DNA from: an uncultured Oligoflexus sp.
GTDB taxonomy: Bacteria; Bdellovibrionota_B; Oligoflexia; Oligoflexales; Oligoflexaceae
Reading direction: 5' to 3'
NCBI GenBank assembly: GCA_964236955.1
Contig: CAXSGP010000076.1
Coordinates: 1 to 23,673, forward strand
DNA length: 23,673 bases
The first letter of the stretch is position 1. Every line of letters begins with the position of its first letter. The notes under the pieces were generated by a model that saw nothing but the letters and a program-made list of their open reading frames with translations, made no database searches and was not told where the DNA came from. The position numbers and the translations under genes were made by a program. This document shows positions 1-8,479 of this stretch, piece by piece.

Positions 1-2
1 AA

Positions 3-614
3 CTTGCTTTAAAGGGAGTTGATCTGGATTCGCTCTGGGATTTTTTGATAACTGGGACCTGCCAATCTAATAATTTCGCCTGCATTCCAGATGGAGTAGG
101 GAAGCAGCCAGTAAAAGATGGTTCAAAGATCCCCATCCTTGGAAGTGTCGTTAATATTCGAGTAGGCGAAGGTTTTAAGGGAGAACTTACTCCAGTATTG
201 ATACCGGCTCTTCCAAAAGGATCGGGTGGAGGCTTCGGTGAAATCGGCATTAAGGAGAAGTTTGGGGAAGAAGATCACCCTGGTTCCCATTCTCCTTTCA
301 ATCTTGGCTCTAGCCCCACGACGCTAAAAGAATTTAAGTGATGGTTCTGCCTTTCATTTTGAACCATTGGAGAAGGCCTGATAAACGACTATCAAATTCT
401 AACCCGGGGAACCCCGGAGTTTATTTCTGGCTTTATTTCAGATGCAAACAAAGCTGAAGGCAATATTCGCGTCTTTAATGAGAGAAACGACCTTGCCACT
501 GCCGATAAGCTAGCCCCACAGTATATTGTAGTGGTTAGCCTCCGAGCCGTTGCATGTGCGGCTAAATTCGTCGATCCTTATGAGTATTATACAACATACC
601 GTATGCATTATTGA
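3..614 (+). pseudogene. Possible 3' part of a frameshifted hypothetical CDS running in from the left edge
   Basis: The frame is open from position 3 to TGA 339-341 (LALKGVDLDSLWDFLITGTC...). Protein-like segments follow in shifted frames: NLSDGSAFHF, then TIGEGLINDYQILTPG, then TPEFISGFISDANKAEGNIRVFNERND...YEYYTTYRMHY* ending at 614. The joins fall at short homopolymers. No family recognised. Confidence 0.3.
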
Positions 615-760
615 GGTGCAGCCTAGAGTCCGACTCACACTGGTTTAGGTTAATGATAAGGAAAACCAACAAATCTTACAAGATCGCCTTAGACCCATTG
701 ATGAATAGGTGTTCCACCGACTCGTCATAGATTCCCCGCGAATGAGAAGGCGAAATGGGC

Positions 761-805
761 ACACGGGCCCCTTTTCTTTGTCGGTGAAACTACTTTGGCC
801 CGTGT
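761..805. terminator. 9-bp inverted repeat (ACACGGGCC...GGCCCGTGT) between converging 3' ends
   Basis: Arms at 761-769 and 797-805 with a 27-nt loop, just downstream of the DoxX stop. The long loop makes a terminator role uncertain. Confidence 0.3.
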
Positions 806-842
806 TTAATTGGCGCCTGACAGCTTACCAGGTTTCAATCAT

Positions 843-1232
843 TTAGGAGGCGGAGGGAAGCGGTGTTGCTTTCGTCTTGTACCAAAGGTAGTACGTAATC
901 ATCATCACGATGAAGAACAAGAAAGGAAAAATTGCAGCGGGAGTATCGCTTGCGAAGATGTGAGAAGCTGTAGCTCCCAAATAATCGAATGCAAACCCTG
1001 CATAAGCCCACTCTTTCAATTTTGGAAATTTTCCCCATAGAATGGCCACAGAGCCGAGAATTTTTGCGAAGCCAAGAATCTTCATCAAATAGAGTGGATA
1101 CCCGAGTGTGATCATGATTTTAACAATGCTCTCCGGCCCATCTGTGAATAGTTCAACCGCCGCTCCCGCCAAACCGGGAATGAACATAAAAATGGTGAGA
1201 ATCCAGTAAGTCATTTTTGAGCGCTTGTGCAT
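843..1232 (-). CDS. DoxX-like family (DoxX_2) inner-membrane protein
   Basis: 129 aa with about 4 hydrophobic segments. Carries the family-typical LGYPLYLMKILGFAKILG and KLKEWAYAGFAFDYLGATASH stretches. Confidence 0.85.
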   Translation of the reverse strand: MHKRSKMTYWILTIFMFIPGLAGAAVELFTDGPESIVKIMITLGYPLYLMKILGFAKILGSVAILWGKFPKLKEWAYAGFAFDYLGATASHIFASDTPAAIFPFLFFIVMMITYYLWYKTKATPLPSAS

Positions 1233-1333
1233 TTCAAAGCTTCCTTTGTTACGAACTTATCCCTACACTATAAATGAGTGTCCGTTAATAACAAGAAGGC
1301 ACGTAAGAGTCACTTAGTGAGGTTGAAGTAACC

Positions 1334-1735
1334 ATGGGAAAAACCGAAGCGATGGTTCCGCCGAAAACGAGGTGCAAGAGTGAGGAAAAAAAGGATCTGA
1401 CTGAGCTTCTTGCGAAGATAGGTGACAAGTGGAGCATTCTTTTGACCATTACATTGTCACGATCGCCCGAGAAGAAAGCAAGGTTTTCCGAGTTGCTTAA
1501 ACTGGTTGAAGGTATTTCACAGAGAATGCTTACGACCACCTTGCGAAGTCTGGAACGAGACGGTTTTATAACTAGGGAAATTTTTCCTGTCATTCCACCA
1601 CGCGTTGAATATTCCTTAACGTCACTCGGTGAAAGCCTGCTAATTCCGCTGGAGCATATTGTCGAATGGACCTTGGCAAACCGGTTGGCAATCAGGTCAG
1701 CTCGTAGCACTTACGATAACAGGAACGAAGTTTAA
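1334..1735 (+). CDS. HxlR (DUF24) family winged-helix transcriptional regulator
   Basis: Motifs IGDKWSILL, RFSEL, GISQRMLTTTLRSLERDG and PPRVEYSLT. Divergent from the DoxX-like gene, a common arrangement. GAGGT upstream. Confidence 0.93.
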   Translation: MGKTEAMVPPKTRCKSEEKKDLTELLAKIGDKWSILLTITLSRSPEKKARFSELLKLVEGISQRMLTTTLRSLERDGFITREIFPVIPPRVEYSLTSLGESLLIPLEHIVEWTLANRLAIRSARSTYDNRNEV

Positions 1736-1826
1736 GGTTCGCTGGACATAAAATTAGCACGTAGAATCGATCCCTATAGAGCCAAGGAAGAAGATGATCG
1801 GCTCAGGCCAGCGGTCTCTAAGGTTT

Positions 1827-3260
1827 TTATCCCTTACGGACCATGGACTTATAATTAGCTCGACCCGTATAATTCAGGCCCATAGCGTGACAAACGGCAC
1901 CGTACATGTCTTTTTCCTTCATGCTCCTCATCCTTTCGGGCTCTCCGCTTTCTGGATTGAAACCAAAAGTAAGGCCAGTGGCCGGATCGATGCCGCCGAA
2001 GATCCTGTTGCCGTTGAGAAGAGGTGAAATCATCACCACACCATTGTTCAAATGATGACCACTGCCGCCCTCTTTAACTTTATCACGACCAAATTCAGTC
2101 GCTATATAGATCATGGAACGATCCCACATTTTGCCCTTGGCCGGGTCGCCATCGACGTCGGTTGCTTTTAACAGCTCTATCAGACCGTCGATTCCTTTGA
2201 GGAGAAAACTCCACATTGAATTTTGAGCCGAGCGATGATCAACATGCGACCAGTCAAAGGCGATGGGCGCATTGGGAGTGCCTTTTTCCGCCATCAAAGG
2301 CGTATCGCTAGGGGCGATAGTCGCCGCATTCGTAAGGCCATTTTTACAGGCAAGGAAAGCCAGGGCCAGGCGCGCTTCAAAATGGTCGTTAGCGAGGTTA
2401 TTGAATTTTTCGCGGACCAGGTTAAGGTCTTTCGATACTTCAAACCCAAATTTAGCGAGATCGTTCTTTGCCGGGTCGAGCAGCATAAGTTTGGTAACGT
2501 TGTCACCTTTTTCAAGCATATCCACGATTGTTTCGCGATTTTTAGTATAGGATTCGAGGATTCTGGAGCCTTCAAACTTCTTATGAAAACGCGAAACCTG
2601 CTCAAGTTGTTTTCTAAGTTCGCGGCCGGTTTTCACTTCAGCTTCGCCGGCCAGTTTCGTTATTCCCTTAAAGCCATGGGTAGCGAACGCAAACATGAGG
2701 GGGTCCGACACCAGCTGGGCTCGATACATATCGTTTACCGAGCTATCATCACCATGCAGCGCGTATCCACCGCCTGCAAGCATCAGATTGGCAAGGGGGA
2801 GCCCTTTACCGAATTCCATAGCAATCGCCTCAGGAAGGCTGCGGCCCTTATTCGTGTTATCGCCAGACATGGCCCGCTTGGCGGCGACCATATGGTTAAC
2901 GCTTGAAACCTCGTTGGTCATGACAATGGTGTCGGCCGCATATTTTTTAAGAAAGGTTTCCTGAGCGTAGCCATTGCCAAGGCCGATCACACCTTTGATA
3001 CTGTTTTTTAGGGACGGTGCCGCATGGAACGGGGAACCCGGTATCGTCACCAAATTTTCGTAAGCTGCCGGACCCGTGCCCTGCGCAAGAAAACTATCGA
3101 TGATGTTAGCCCCACCCACACCGCAGATTGTAAAGATATATTTCTTTTCACTGCCCTGACCTAACGCTTTTGATCCAGGCCAATTCAAGCCCAAACTAGC
3201 AAGGCCACCCAGGGCGGTCATGGCACTCAAGGCATCGCGGCGGGTAGTTTTAAAGGTCAT
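1827..3260 (-). CDS. Tat-exported DUF1501-like protein (alkaline phosphatase/sulfatase-like superfamily, function unknown)
   Basis: Twin-arginine signal TTRRDAL plus hydrophobic stretch. Motifs GGANIIDSF, SSVNH, FDWSHVDH, ATEFGR, GHH and GNRIFGG resemble DUF1501. AGGAG SD upstream. Confidence 0.75.
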   Translation of the reverse strand: MTFKTTRRDALSAMTALGGLASLGLNWPGSKALGQGSEKKYIFTICGVGGANIIDSFLAQGTGPAAYENLVTIPGSPFHAAPSLKNSIKGVIGLGNGYAQETFLKKYAADTIVMTNEVSSVNHMVAAKRAMSGDNTNKGRSLPEAIAMEFGKGLPLANLMLAGGGYALHGDDSSVNDMYRAQLVSDPLMFAFATHGFKGITKLAGEAEVKTGRELRKQLEQVSRFHKKFEGSRILESYTKNRETIVDMLEKGDNVTKLMLLDPAKNDLAKFGFEVSKDLNLVREKFNNLANDHFEARLALAFLACKNGLTNAATIAPSDTPLMAEKGTPNAPIAFDWSHVDHRSAQNSMWSFLLKGIDGLIELLKATDVDGDPAKGKMWDRSMIYIATEFGRDKVKEGGSGHHLNNGVVMISPLLNGNRIFGGIDPATGLTFGFNPESGEPERMRSMKEKDMYGAVCHAMGLNYTGRANYKSMVRKG

Positions 3261-3283
3261 GGGTCATCTCCTTGAACAAATGA

Positions 3284-4000
3284 TTAAAGCAAAATATTTT
3301 CGACGCTGGTTGCGATTGCAAAACACATAAGTAGAGCCAGCTTATCGGCAGGCAATTTTTGGCTGAGCATTTCAACCATAACCTTGACTTCCGCAGCTTC
3401 CGGGTCGCGGGCGAGTATGCGCCGGTAAAGCTCGCCAGTCTGTGCCTCCACCTGCTTCGCCTCAGGAATCATTCCACTCAAGGGAAAATGCTTAAAAACA
3501 ACGGCTGTGGCTGCCGCATTCCGATCGAGTTCAAGTCGTTTCGAACAGGCCGCGAGCACGACTCTATCCACTGCGATGGCTGTCAGGACAGTCGGCATTT
3601 GAGAGGGCTCATATTGCCCGGATTCGTAAGGCTCGTTGCCGCCAAGAACGGTTAGATGGGTCTTGTCGATGCACGATTGAGTGCCGAGTTCCTTGCAAAA
3701 ATCCTTCCTGTCGAGAGATAGGCCTGTTACCAACCCATTTTCAAAGGCGCGATAACGCTTCCAGACCAAATCAAGGCCAGGTGCGGCCGGCGCCATATCC
3801 CCAGTTTCGGTGGCCGCGGGTATCATGGGATCTCCCCCGGGGCCATGACCCTCTTCTCCGGGACCAGAATCATTCCCACCCTGGGCGCCAGATCCAGTAC
3901 CCGATTTTTCTTTGGACATATGGCCACCAACCCATTTTGGTCTTTGGCTACAGGCAACGAAGAGGAGGACGAGGAGAATCGCAGCGGTGGGCTTTTTCAT
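3284..4000 (-). CDS. Hypothetical Cys-containing lipoprotein
   Basis: Lipobox LFVAC and a Gly/Pro-rich linker. Globular part contains FCKELGTQSC..H..LGG.EPY, LAAC, LYRRILARDP and MCFA. ATGA overlap with the upstream gene at 3997-4000. Confidence 0.8.
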   Translation of the reverse strand: MKKPTAAILLVLLFVACSQRPKWVGGHMSKEKSGTGSGAQGGNDSGPGEEGHGPGGDPMIPAATETGDMAPAAPGLDLVWKRYRAFENGLVTGLSLDRKDFCKELGTQSCIDKTHLTVLGGNEPYESGQYEPSQMPTVLTAIAVDRVVLAACSKRLELDRNAAATAVVFKHFPLSGMIPEAKQVEAQTGELYRRILARDPEAAEVKVMVEMLSQKLPADKLALLMCFAIATSVENILL

Positions 4001-5352
4001 TCTTTGTGACCTCCGAAAGCATTGGTTTCGATAAAGCGATGGATAAGTTTATTGAAGGAATACTTATCGTCGGGAAGCCCTTTCCACAGCTTTTCAAATT
4101 CCTCGGATTCGTGGGGCAGGATATCGCGGCTCATCGCCTGGCGGAACATCGTGCGAGCTATGTTTTGCTTGAAAAGGTCGGAGTTTCGAGCCTTATCCGC
4201 CCAGTCGTTAAGATTCTTAACAGGTTGGCCCTGAATGAAGCCTTGAGCTTCCCAAGGCTGGCGATCGGCTTTGAAACTGCCGGTGGCATTTGTTAAAATT
4301 TCCACGACGCTCGTTTCAATGCCATTATAGGTTGAAAAGGCATAAGACAAGGGATCGAGCGTGCTGTGACAAACGGCACATGCAGCCTGCTTGACGTTTT
4401 TGTTATCGACATCACGTGGTTCATTGGCGATGGGACTCAAGCCCTCCCCCTTGGCGATATCGACGCCAAGGTACTCGCGGTAGGCCTGAGACGCCGTGTT
4501 TCGCGGCAATACCGCGAACATAGTATAAAATGCCATAAACCACTGCGTGGTGATCATCCCAGCCCGTTTTTCCGGCTGAAGGGGCTGTCCACCGGCAAGC
4601 ACGATTCGCTGGCCAAGGATTTGCGGCAATTCTTCACGGGCGACTTTGCCTTCGACTTTTTTGCCAGCTTCATTGATATGGTAAGTCGCGGACAGGAGTT
4701 CACGGACATCACGGTCGTCACTCATTATGTAGGCAAACAAGCGATAGTCCCAGCGATAGTCGGCAATCACCACGTTGCCACCGTAACCAATTGCCGCTGT
4801 AGGACGTATTTTTTTGTCGGCGAGTCTAAATAATGCCTCTTTTTTCCAATAGTCAGAAGCAAGACACTTATTGAGTTCTTCATGCAGCATCACTTTTGGG
4901 TCGGGAGCGGTGGCAATCGCCTGCATACCTTCATAGGTGACGGATTCACCGCAGTAAATCGCCTTCAGTCGCTTGTAGGCAACAGCTGGCTCATACACTA
5001 AAGAAATATTGCCCGCTGGTTTAATGGCAGGATTACCAGGAGCCCCCTTTTGATTTAACTCATCGAGATTTGAGACTCCGTCCCCATCGCTATCACTTCC
5101 CTCGATAGACATCAGGGAGGTTCCGACCACTTCAGTATTCAAGGGGCCGCCTAGATGATCGCGCACGTCCGCACCAAACGCGTTGAGATTAGGAGCGCTG
5201 GTGTGACAAGTCTTACAAGCATTTACTGGAATATCGCAATAGACTGACGTCGGATATCTTTTACAGAGCTCGGCACCTGCGATCGGAGTCGCGGAGGCTT
5301 TCGTTGTAAATAGCAAAAACATGATCGGGACAAGAGGTAAAAATGGACGCAT
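3997..5352 (-). CDS. Exported di-CxxCH (c-type cytochrome-like) protein with a DUF1588/DUF1585-like C-terminal region
   Basis: Start placed at ATG 5352 because GAGGT lies 5 nt upstream. Sec signal ends ASA. CKTCH at 5203-5217, DSDGDG at 5077-5094, RAGMITT, and CAVCHSTLDPL with CAVCH at 4366-4380. Confidence 0.75.
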   Translation of the reverse strand: MRPFLPLVPIMFLLFTTKASATPIAGAELCKRYPTSVYCDIPVNACKTCHTSAPNLNAFGADVRDHLGGPLNTEVVGTSLMSIEGSDSDGDGVSNLDELNQKGAPGNPAIKPAGNISLVYEPAVAYKRLKAIYCGESVTYEGMQAIATAPDPKVMLHEELNKCLASDYWKKEALFRLADKKIRPTAAIGYGGNVVIADYRWDYRLFAYIMSDDRDVRELLSATYHINEAGKKVEGKVAREELPQILGQRIVLAGGQPLQPEKRAGMITTQWFMAFYTMFAVLPRNTASQAYREYLGVDIAKGEGLSPIANEPRDVDNKNVKQAACAVCHSTLDPLSYAFSTYNGIETSVVEILTNATGSFKADRQPWEAQGFIQGQPVKNLNDWADKARNSDLFKQNIARTMFRQAMSRDILPHESEEFEKLWKGLPDDKYSFNKLIHRFIETNAFGGHKE

Positions 5353-5386
5353 GGCGACCTCAAGCATTGAGTTCTGGACAGCGACC

Positions 5387-5414
5387 TTATCGGAAGAGAC
5401 TTGGTAAAACTTGA
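5387..5414 (-). promoter_or_regulatory. Candidate sigma28 (FliA)-type promoter for the three-gene cassette
   Basis: Minus strand reads TCAAGTTT-N12-TCCGATAA, versus the enterobacterial consensus TAAAGTTT-N11-GCCGATAA. It lies about 35 nt upstream of ATG 5352. Confidence 0.55.
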
Positions 5415-5656
5415 GAATTCATTGAAAGATTAAAGAATTCTCTTGGCTTAAACTCTGACAATTCTTCTGAGGTAAGGATCGGGAAATATTTGAAGCTTGA
5501 TTTTGAGGCAGATTTAAGGTTGGCCGGGAATAATCTTTACAAAAAATTGCGATTCGTTTCCAACAGGCTCTGTATTACACTCTATGATCCTAGGGTAAGG
5601 CTTGGCCACCTTTCGAACTCTCGCCCTGAGTCCCCCATAATAAGGATTGCTTCCTG

Positions 5657-6241
5657 ATGATATTACAAATTCCCGAGGGTCGCTTTGCAGCTTATCTCTT
5701 TGATTGTGATGGAACAATCGCAGATTCTTTGCCGCTTCACTTCAAAGCGTGGGAAACCGCGCTTGCGCCTTTCGGAGCAGCCTTCCCTGAAGACCTCTTC
5801 TATGATTGGGGCGGCATACCAGTGCCTAAAACCGTCGAGATGCTCAATACCCACTTAGGCCTTAAAATGCCTATCGAGGAGGTCACCCATGCAAGGGAGA
5901 TTGCTTATCTCAGTCTCCTTGAAAGCTTAGCTTCCCATGCTGAAGTCGAGGCCATCATTAAAAAGCAGCACGGCAAACTACCGATGGCCGTCGTATCAGG
6001 CGGCAGCCGAGGAACAGTGGAGAAAACTCTTCGTAAACTTGGGCTCTGGGAATATTTTGAAGTGATAGTCGGTGCCGAAGACGTAAAAAACGGTAAACCC
6101 AGTCCCGAGCCTTTTTTGACCGCCGCCCGGCTGCTCAACGTGGATCCTGCCAAATGCCTTGTATTTGAAGATGCCGAATCTGGTGTTCAGTCTGCGATCG
6201 CGGCAGGTATGCATTTCGTAAGAATACCTCAGCGGCCCTAG
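5657..6241 (+). CDS. HAD-superfamily phosphatase (YqaB/beta-phosphoglucomutase-like)
   Basis: Motif I FDCDGT, motif II VSG, motif III KPSPEPF, motif IV VFEDAESG. Confidence 0.92.
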   Translation: MILQIPEGRFAAYLFDCDGTIADSLPLHFKAWETALAPFGAAFPEDLFYDWGGIPVPKTVEMLNTHLGLKMPIEEVTHAREIAYLSLLESLASHAEVEAIIKKQHGKLPMAVVSGGSRGTVEKTLRKLGLWEYFEVIVGAEDVKNGKPSPEPFLTAARLLNVDPAKCLVFEDAESGVQSAIAAGMHFVRIPQRP

Positions 6242-6303
6242 ACCGATTCGCCATCGTGCTAGGTTAGAGATTCCGTGCCATTACAGGCCATTAGAATAAG
6301 GCC

Positions 6304-7183
6304 TCAGTCAGTAGTCGAAAACTGCAGCTGCATGACTGTTTCCACTTCCTCGAACAAATCAACAATTGCATTGCCGCGTCCCGTATCGAGGGCGACAACG
6401 AGAATCGTGATACGCTCCTTGTTGTCCCGATCCCTCAACCATTCCGTGATATCTAAATTGATTTGAATAAGTCCTCGGTTGACCTCTTCATGATGCATAG
6501 GACCTTGCACCAAACCGCATGGGAACCGAGATCGTTGGGTTTTTCGAGAGCCAAGGGTCCTCGCAAATCATGGTCCGCAACCGCACTCAACCCCTCGCCA
6601 TCAAACGCAAAAAACCGCAACACTGTGCGATGGCTCACCAAGGGATCGGTTGGGACAGGAATATTCAGCACGAGGAGCGACGCATGGTTTTCCTCTTGAC
6701 TCAGGCCTTTCAATTGATCCGCAATCTCGGTATTGATCGTGAGATTGCTCAAAAGAATTTTTTCTTAAACTCGTGAATAGCTTTCGATCAAGCGTTCATT
6801 TCGCCTCGAGAGATCCGGCCCCGAATCTTGAGGCTCAGTGTTTTCGAGCTTATCGTAAATAGAGGCGATGCCAGGGCAGAAACTAAGCGTTTCTATGCTG
6901 CCAGGACAATGCATGCACGCTGGCCAGTTTCCGCCAGCTGAGAAAGGACCGGAGACCGCCCGGCGCAAATGTTTTTTATCGTTAGATTGGAACCAGGCCA
7001 CGGCTGTCAAAAATTTTTGCTTGGAAAGTTCATCCTGGTCCTCCCATCGACGACGCAAGTTTGGGGCCAGGAGCTAGGCTTTCAGCTTTGTACCCGACCA
7101 AAGGTCTGGCAATCAGCCCCAAGCCAGGATGCACTCAGACTGGAACCAAGAAGGAGCTGCCGGCGGGTCCATAGGCTGTTCAT
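6304..7183 (-). pseudogene. Degraded Tat-exported tyrosinase/polyphenol oxidase (type-3 copper) gene
   Basis: ATG 7183 with AAAGGA upstream gives MNSLWTRRQLLLG (Tat). Shifted frames give NLRRRWEDQDELSKQKFLTAVAWF and then SVHALSWQHRNA*FLPWHRLYLR*. The CuA signature FLPWHRLYL lies at 6882-6856, with TAG at 6885-6883 and TAA at 6852-6850. No CuB motif is visible. The C-terminal fragments end in LDITEWL...ITILVV. Confidence 0.8.
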
Positions 7184-7394
7184 GATAAGTCCTTTGGGTA
7201 AAATTTCCTGCATTCTAGTGCTAAAGGGTCTGCCGGAGGGCTCGATACTAGCGGCGGTAGGCCTTCCGCGTCAAGAACGCGGTATCTACCTAGGATTAGG
7301 GATAGGTCCTATCTGTCAAACAGGTTTCTACTGGTAATGATGGGCTGGGAGCTCTACATTCATAGGTGGCACGATCTCAGGTTTAGGAAAAGCG

Positions 7395-8318
7395 ATGATC
7401 CAAACGGCATTTGATGAGCACCATCTCCTTCGAAAAACCTTTATCCACTTGCGGGGAATCGGGGAGCGGACGGAGCGTCACCTATGGTCGCTAGGAATCC
7501 GTGACTGGAATCATCTGGCCGCTGAAGCTCCCCATCTTTTTGGTGCCAAAAAACTTTATGAGATACAGGAGGATCTTGAACTTTCGCTCATGGCCTGGGA
7601 TGCAAGGGATCTTTTCTTTTTTCATAAGTTCTTACCTAGCAACGAGCGTTGGCGTATGATACGCGGAGCATTCGACGATATAGCCTATTTTGATATTGAG
7701 GCGAACGGCGGGGGTATGCCGCCCTTGGCTGAATCGACTGTAATTGCCTTTTTATTTCGTGGTGAACTGCTGCAGGAGCATGAGAAAAAAGCCAAACGCC
7801 AGCTTATCGAATATATTTTAGCCGAATCGTCGCTGCTTTGTACTTTCAATGGTGCTGCCTATGATGTCCCTTTCCTAGCCCATGAATTTGAAGTGCCTTT
7901 TCACAAGGCGCACGTCGATCTTTGTCACTGGCTTAGGGCCCAGGGCTTCCAAGGCGGTTTGAAGGCGATACAAAAAGCCTTTCCTCATTTGCACCAACGC
8001 TCAAGTATGGATATCGATGGCTGGGACGCAGTCAGACTTTGGCGCCTCTATGAGCAGGGCATCGACTCGGCACTAACCACGTTAATGTGTTACAACGCTG
8101 AAGATGTATTGATCCTGCACCCGCTTTTAGTTGAGGCCTACAACAGACAGAGCCTCGCTCATGGCGACCTTGAAGCCGGCACGCTGAATCTAAATCCTCT
8201 TCCTGCCCTTGACACGGATGTGGACCCGGAAGTCTTCGCCAGATTACGTTCTGGGAACTCTGGTGCTGGCTATCGGGGCGAGCGATTCCGCAGTCCAAAC
8301 AAAACCGTCGAAACTTAG
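7395..8318 (+). CDS. RNase H-like DEDD exonuclease, YprB/COG3359-like (RNase_H_2), with N-terminal helix-hairpin-helix-like segment
   Basis: N-terminus TFIHLRGIGERTERHLW. Catalytic motifs YFDIE, TFNGAAYDVPFL, HVDL, GGLKAI and YNAEDV. AGGA SD upstream. Confidence 0.85.
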   Translation: MIQTAFDEHHLLRKTFIHLRGIGERTERHLWSLGIRDWNHLAAEAPHLFGAKKLYEIQEDLELSLMAWDARDLFFFHKFLPSNERWRMIRGAFDDIAYFDIEANGGGMPPLAESTVIAFLFRGELLQEHEKKAKRQLIEYILAESSLLCTFNGAAYDVPFLAHEFEVPFHKAHVDLCHWLRAQGFQGGLKAIQKAFPHLHQRSSMDIDGWDAVRLWRLYEQGIDSALTTLMCYNAEDVLILHPLLVEAYNRQSLAHGDLEAGTLNLNPLPALDTDVDPEVFARLRSGNSGAGYRGERFRSPNKTVET

Positions 8319-8479
8319 CATCATGTTCGAATTGCGATAAAATTTTCCCATAGATGGTCCTAGGTCAATCGATAAGACACAGTTCACGACCTAAGCCGTT
8401 GACTGCGTCTTTGTCTTTAGCCTTGAATCGTCCTGCGACTTTAAATTACAGCTTGCATCGACGTTTATTCATGGACCAA

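Noticed and set aside
2223..4833. Long plus-strand ORFs (2223-2906, 3781-4296, 4366-4833 and others)
   Set aside because: They are antisense shadows of the motif-bearing minus-strand cassette and have no motifs of their own.
6304..7058. Three separate small proteins (6304-6513, 6453-6752, 6765-7058)
   Set aside because: They are better explained as fragments of one tyrosinase pseudogene.
7367..7382. TGGCACG sigma54 -24 box upstream of the exonuclease
   Set aside because: The -12 position reads AGG instead of TGC, and the site is too close to the start codon.
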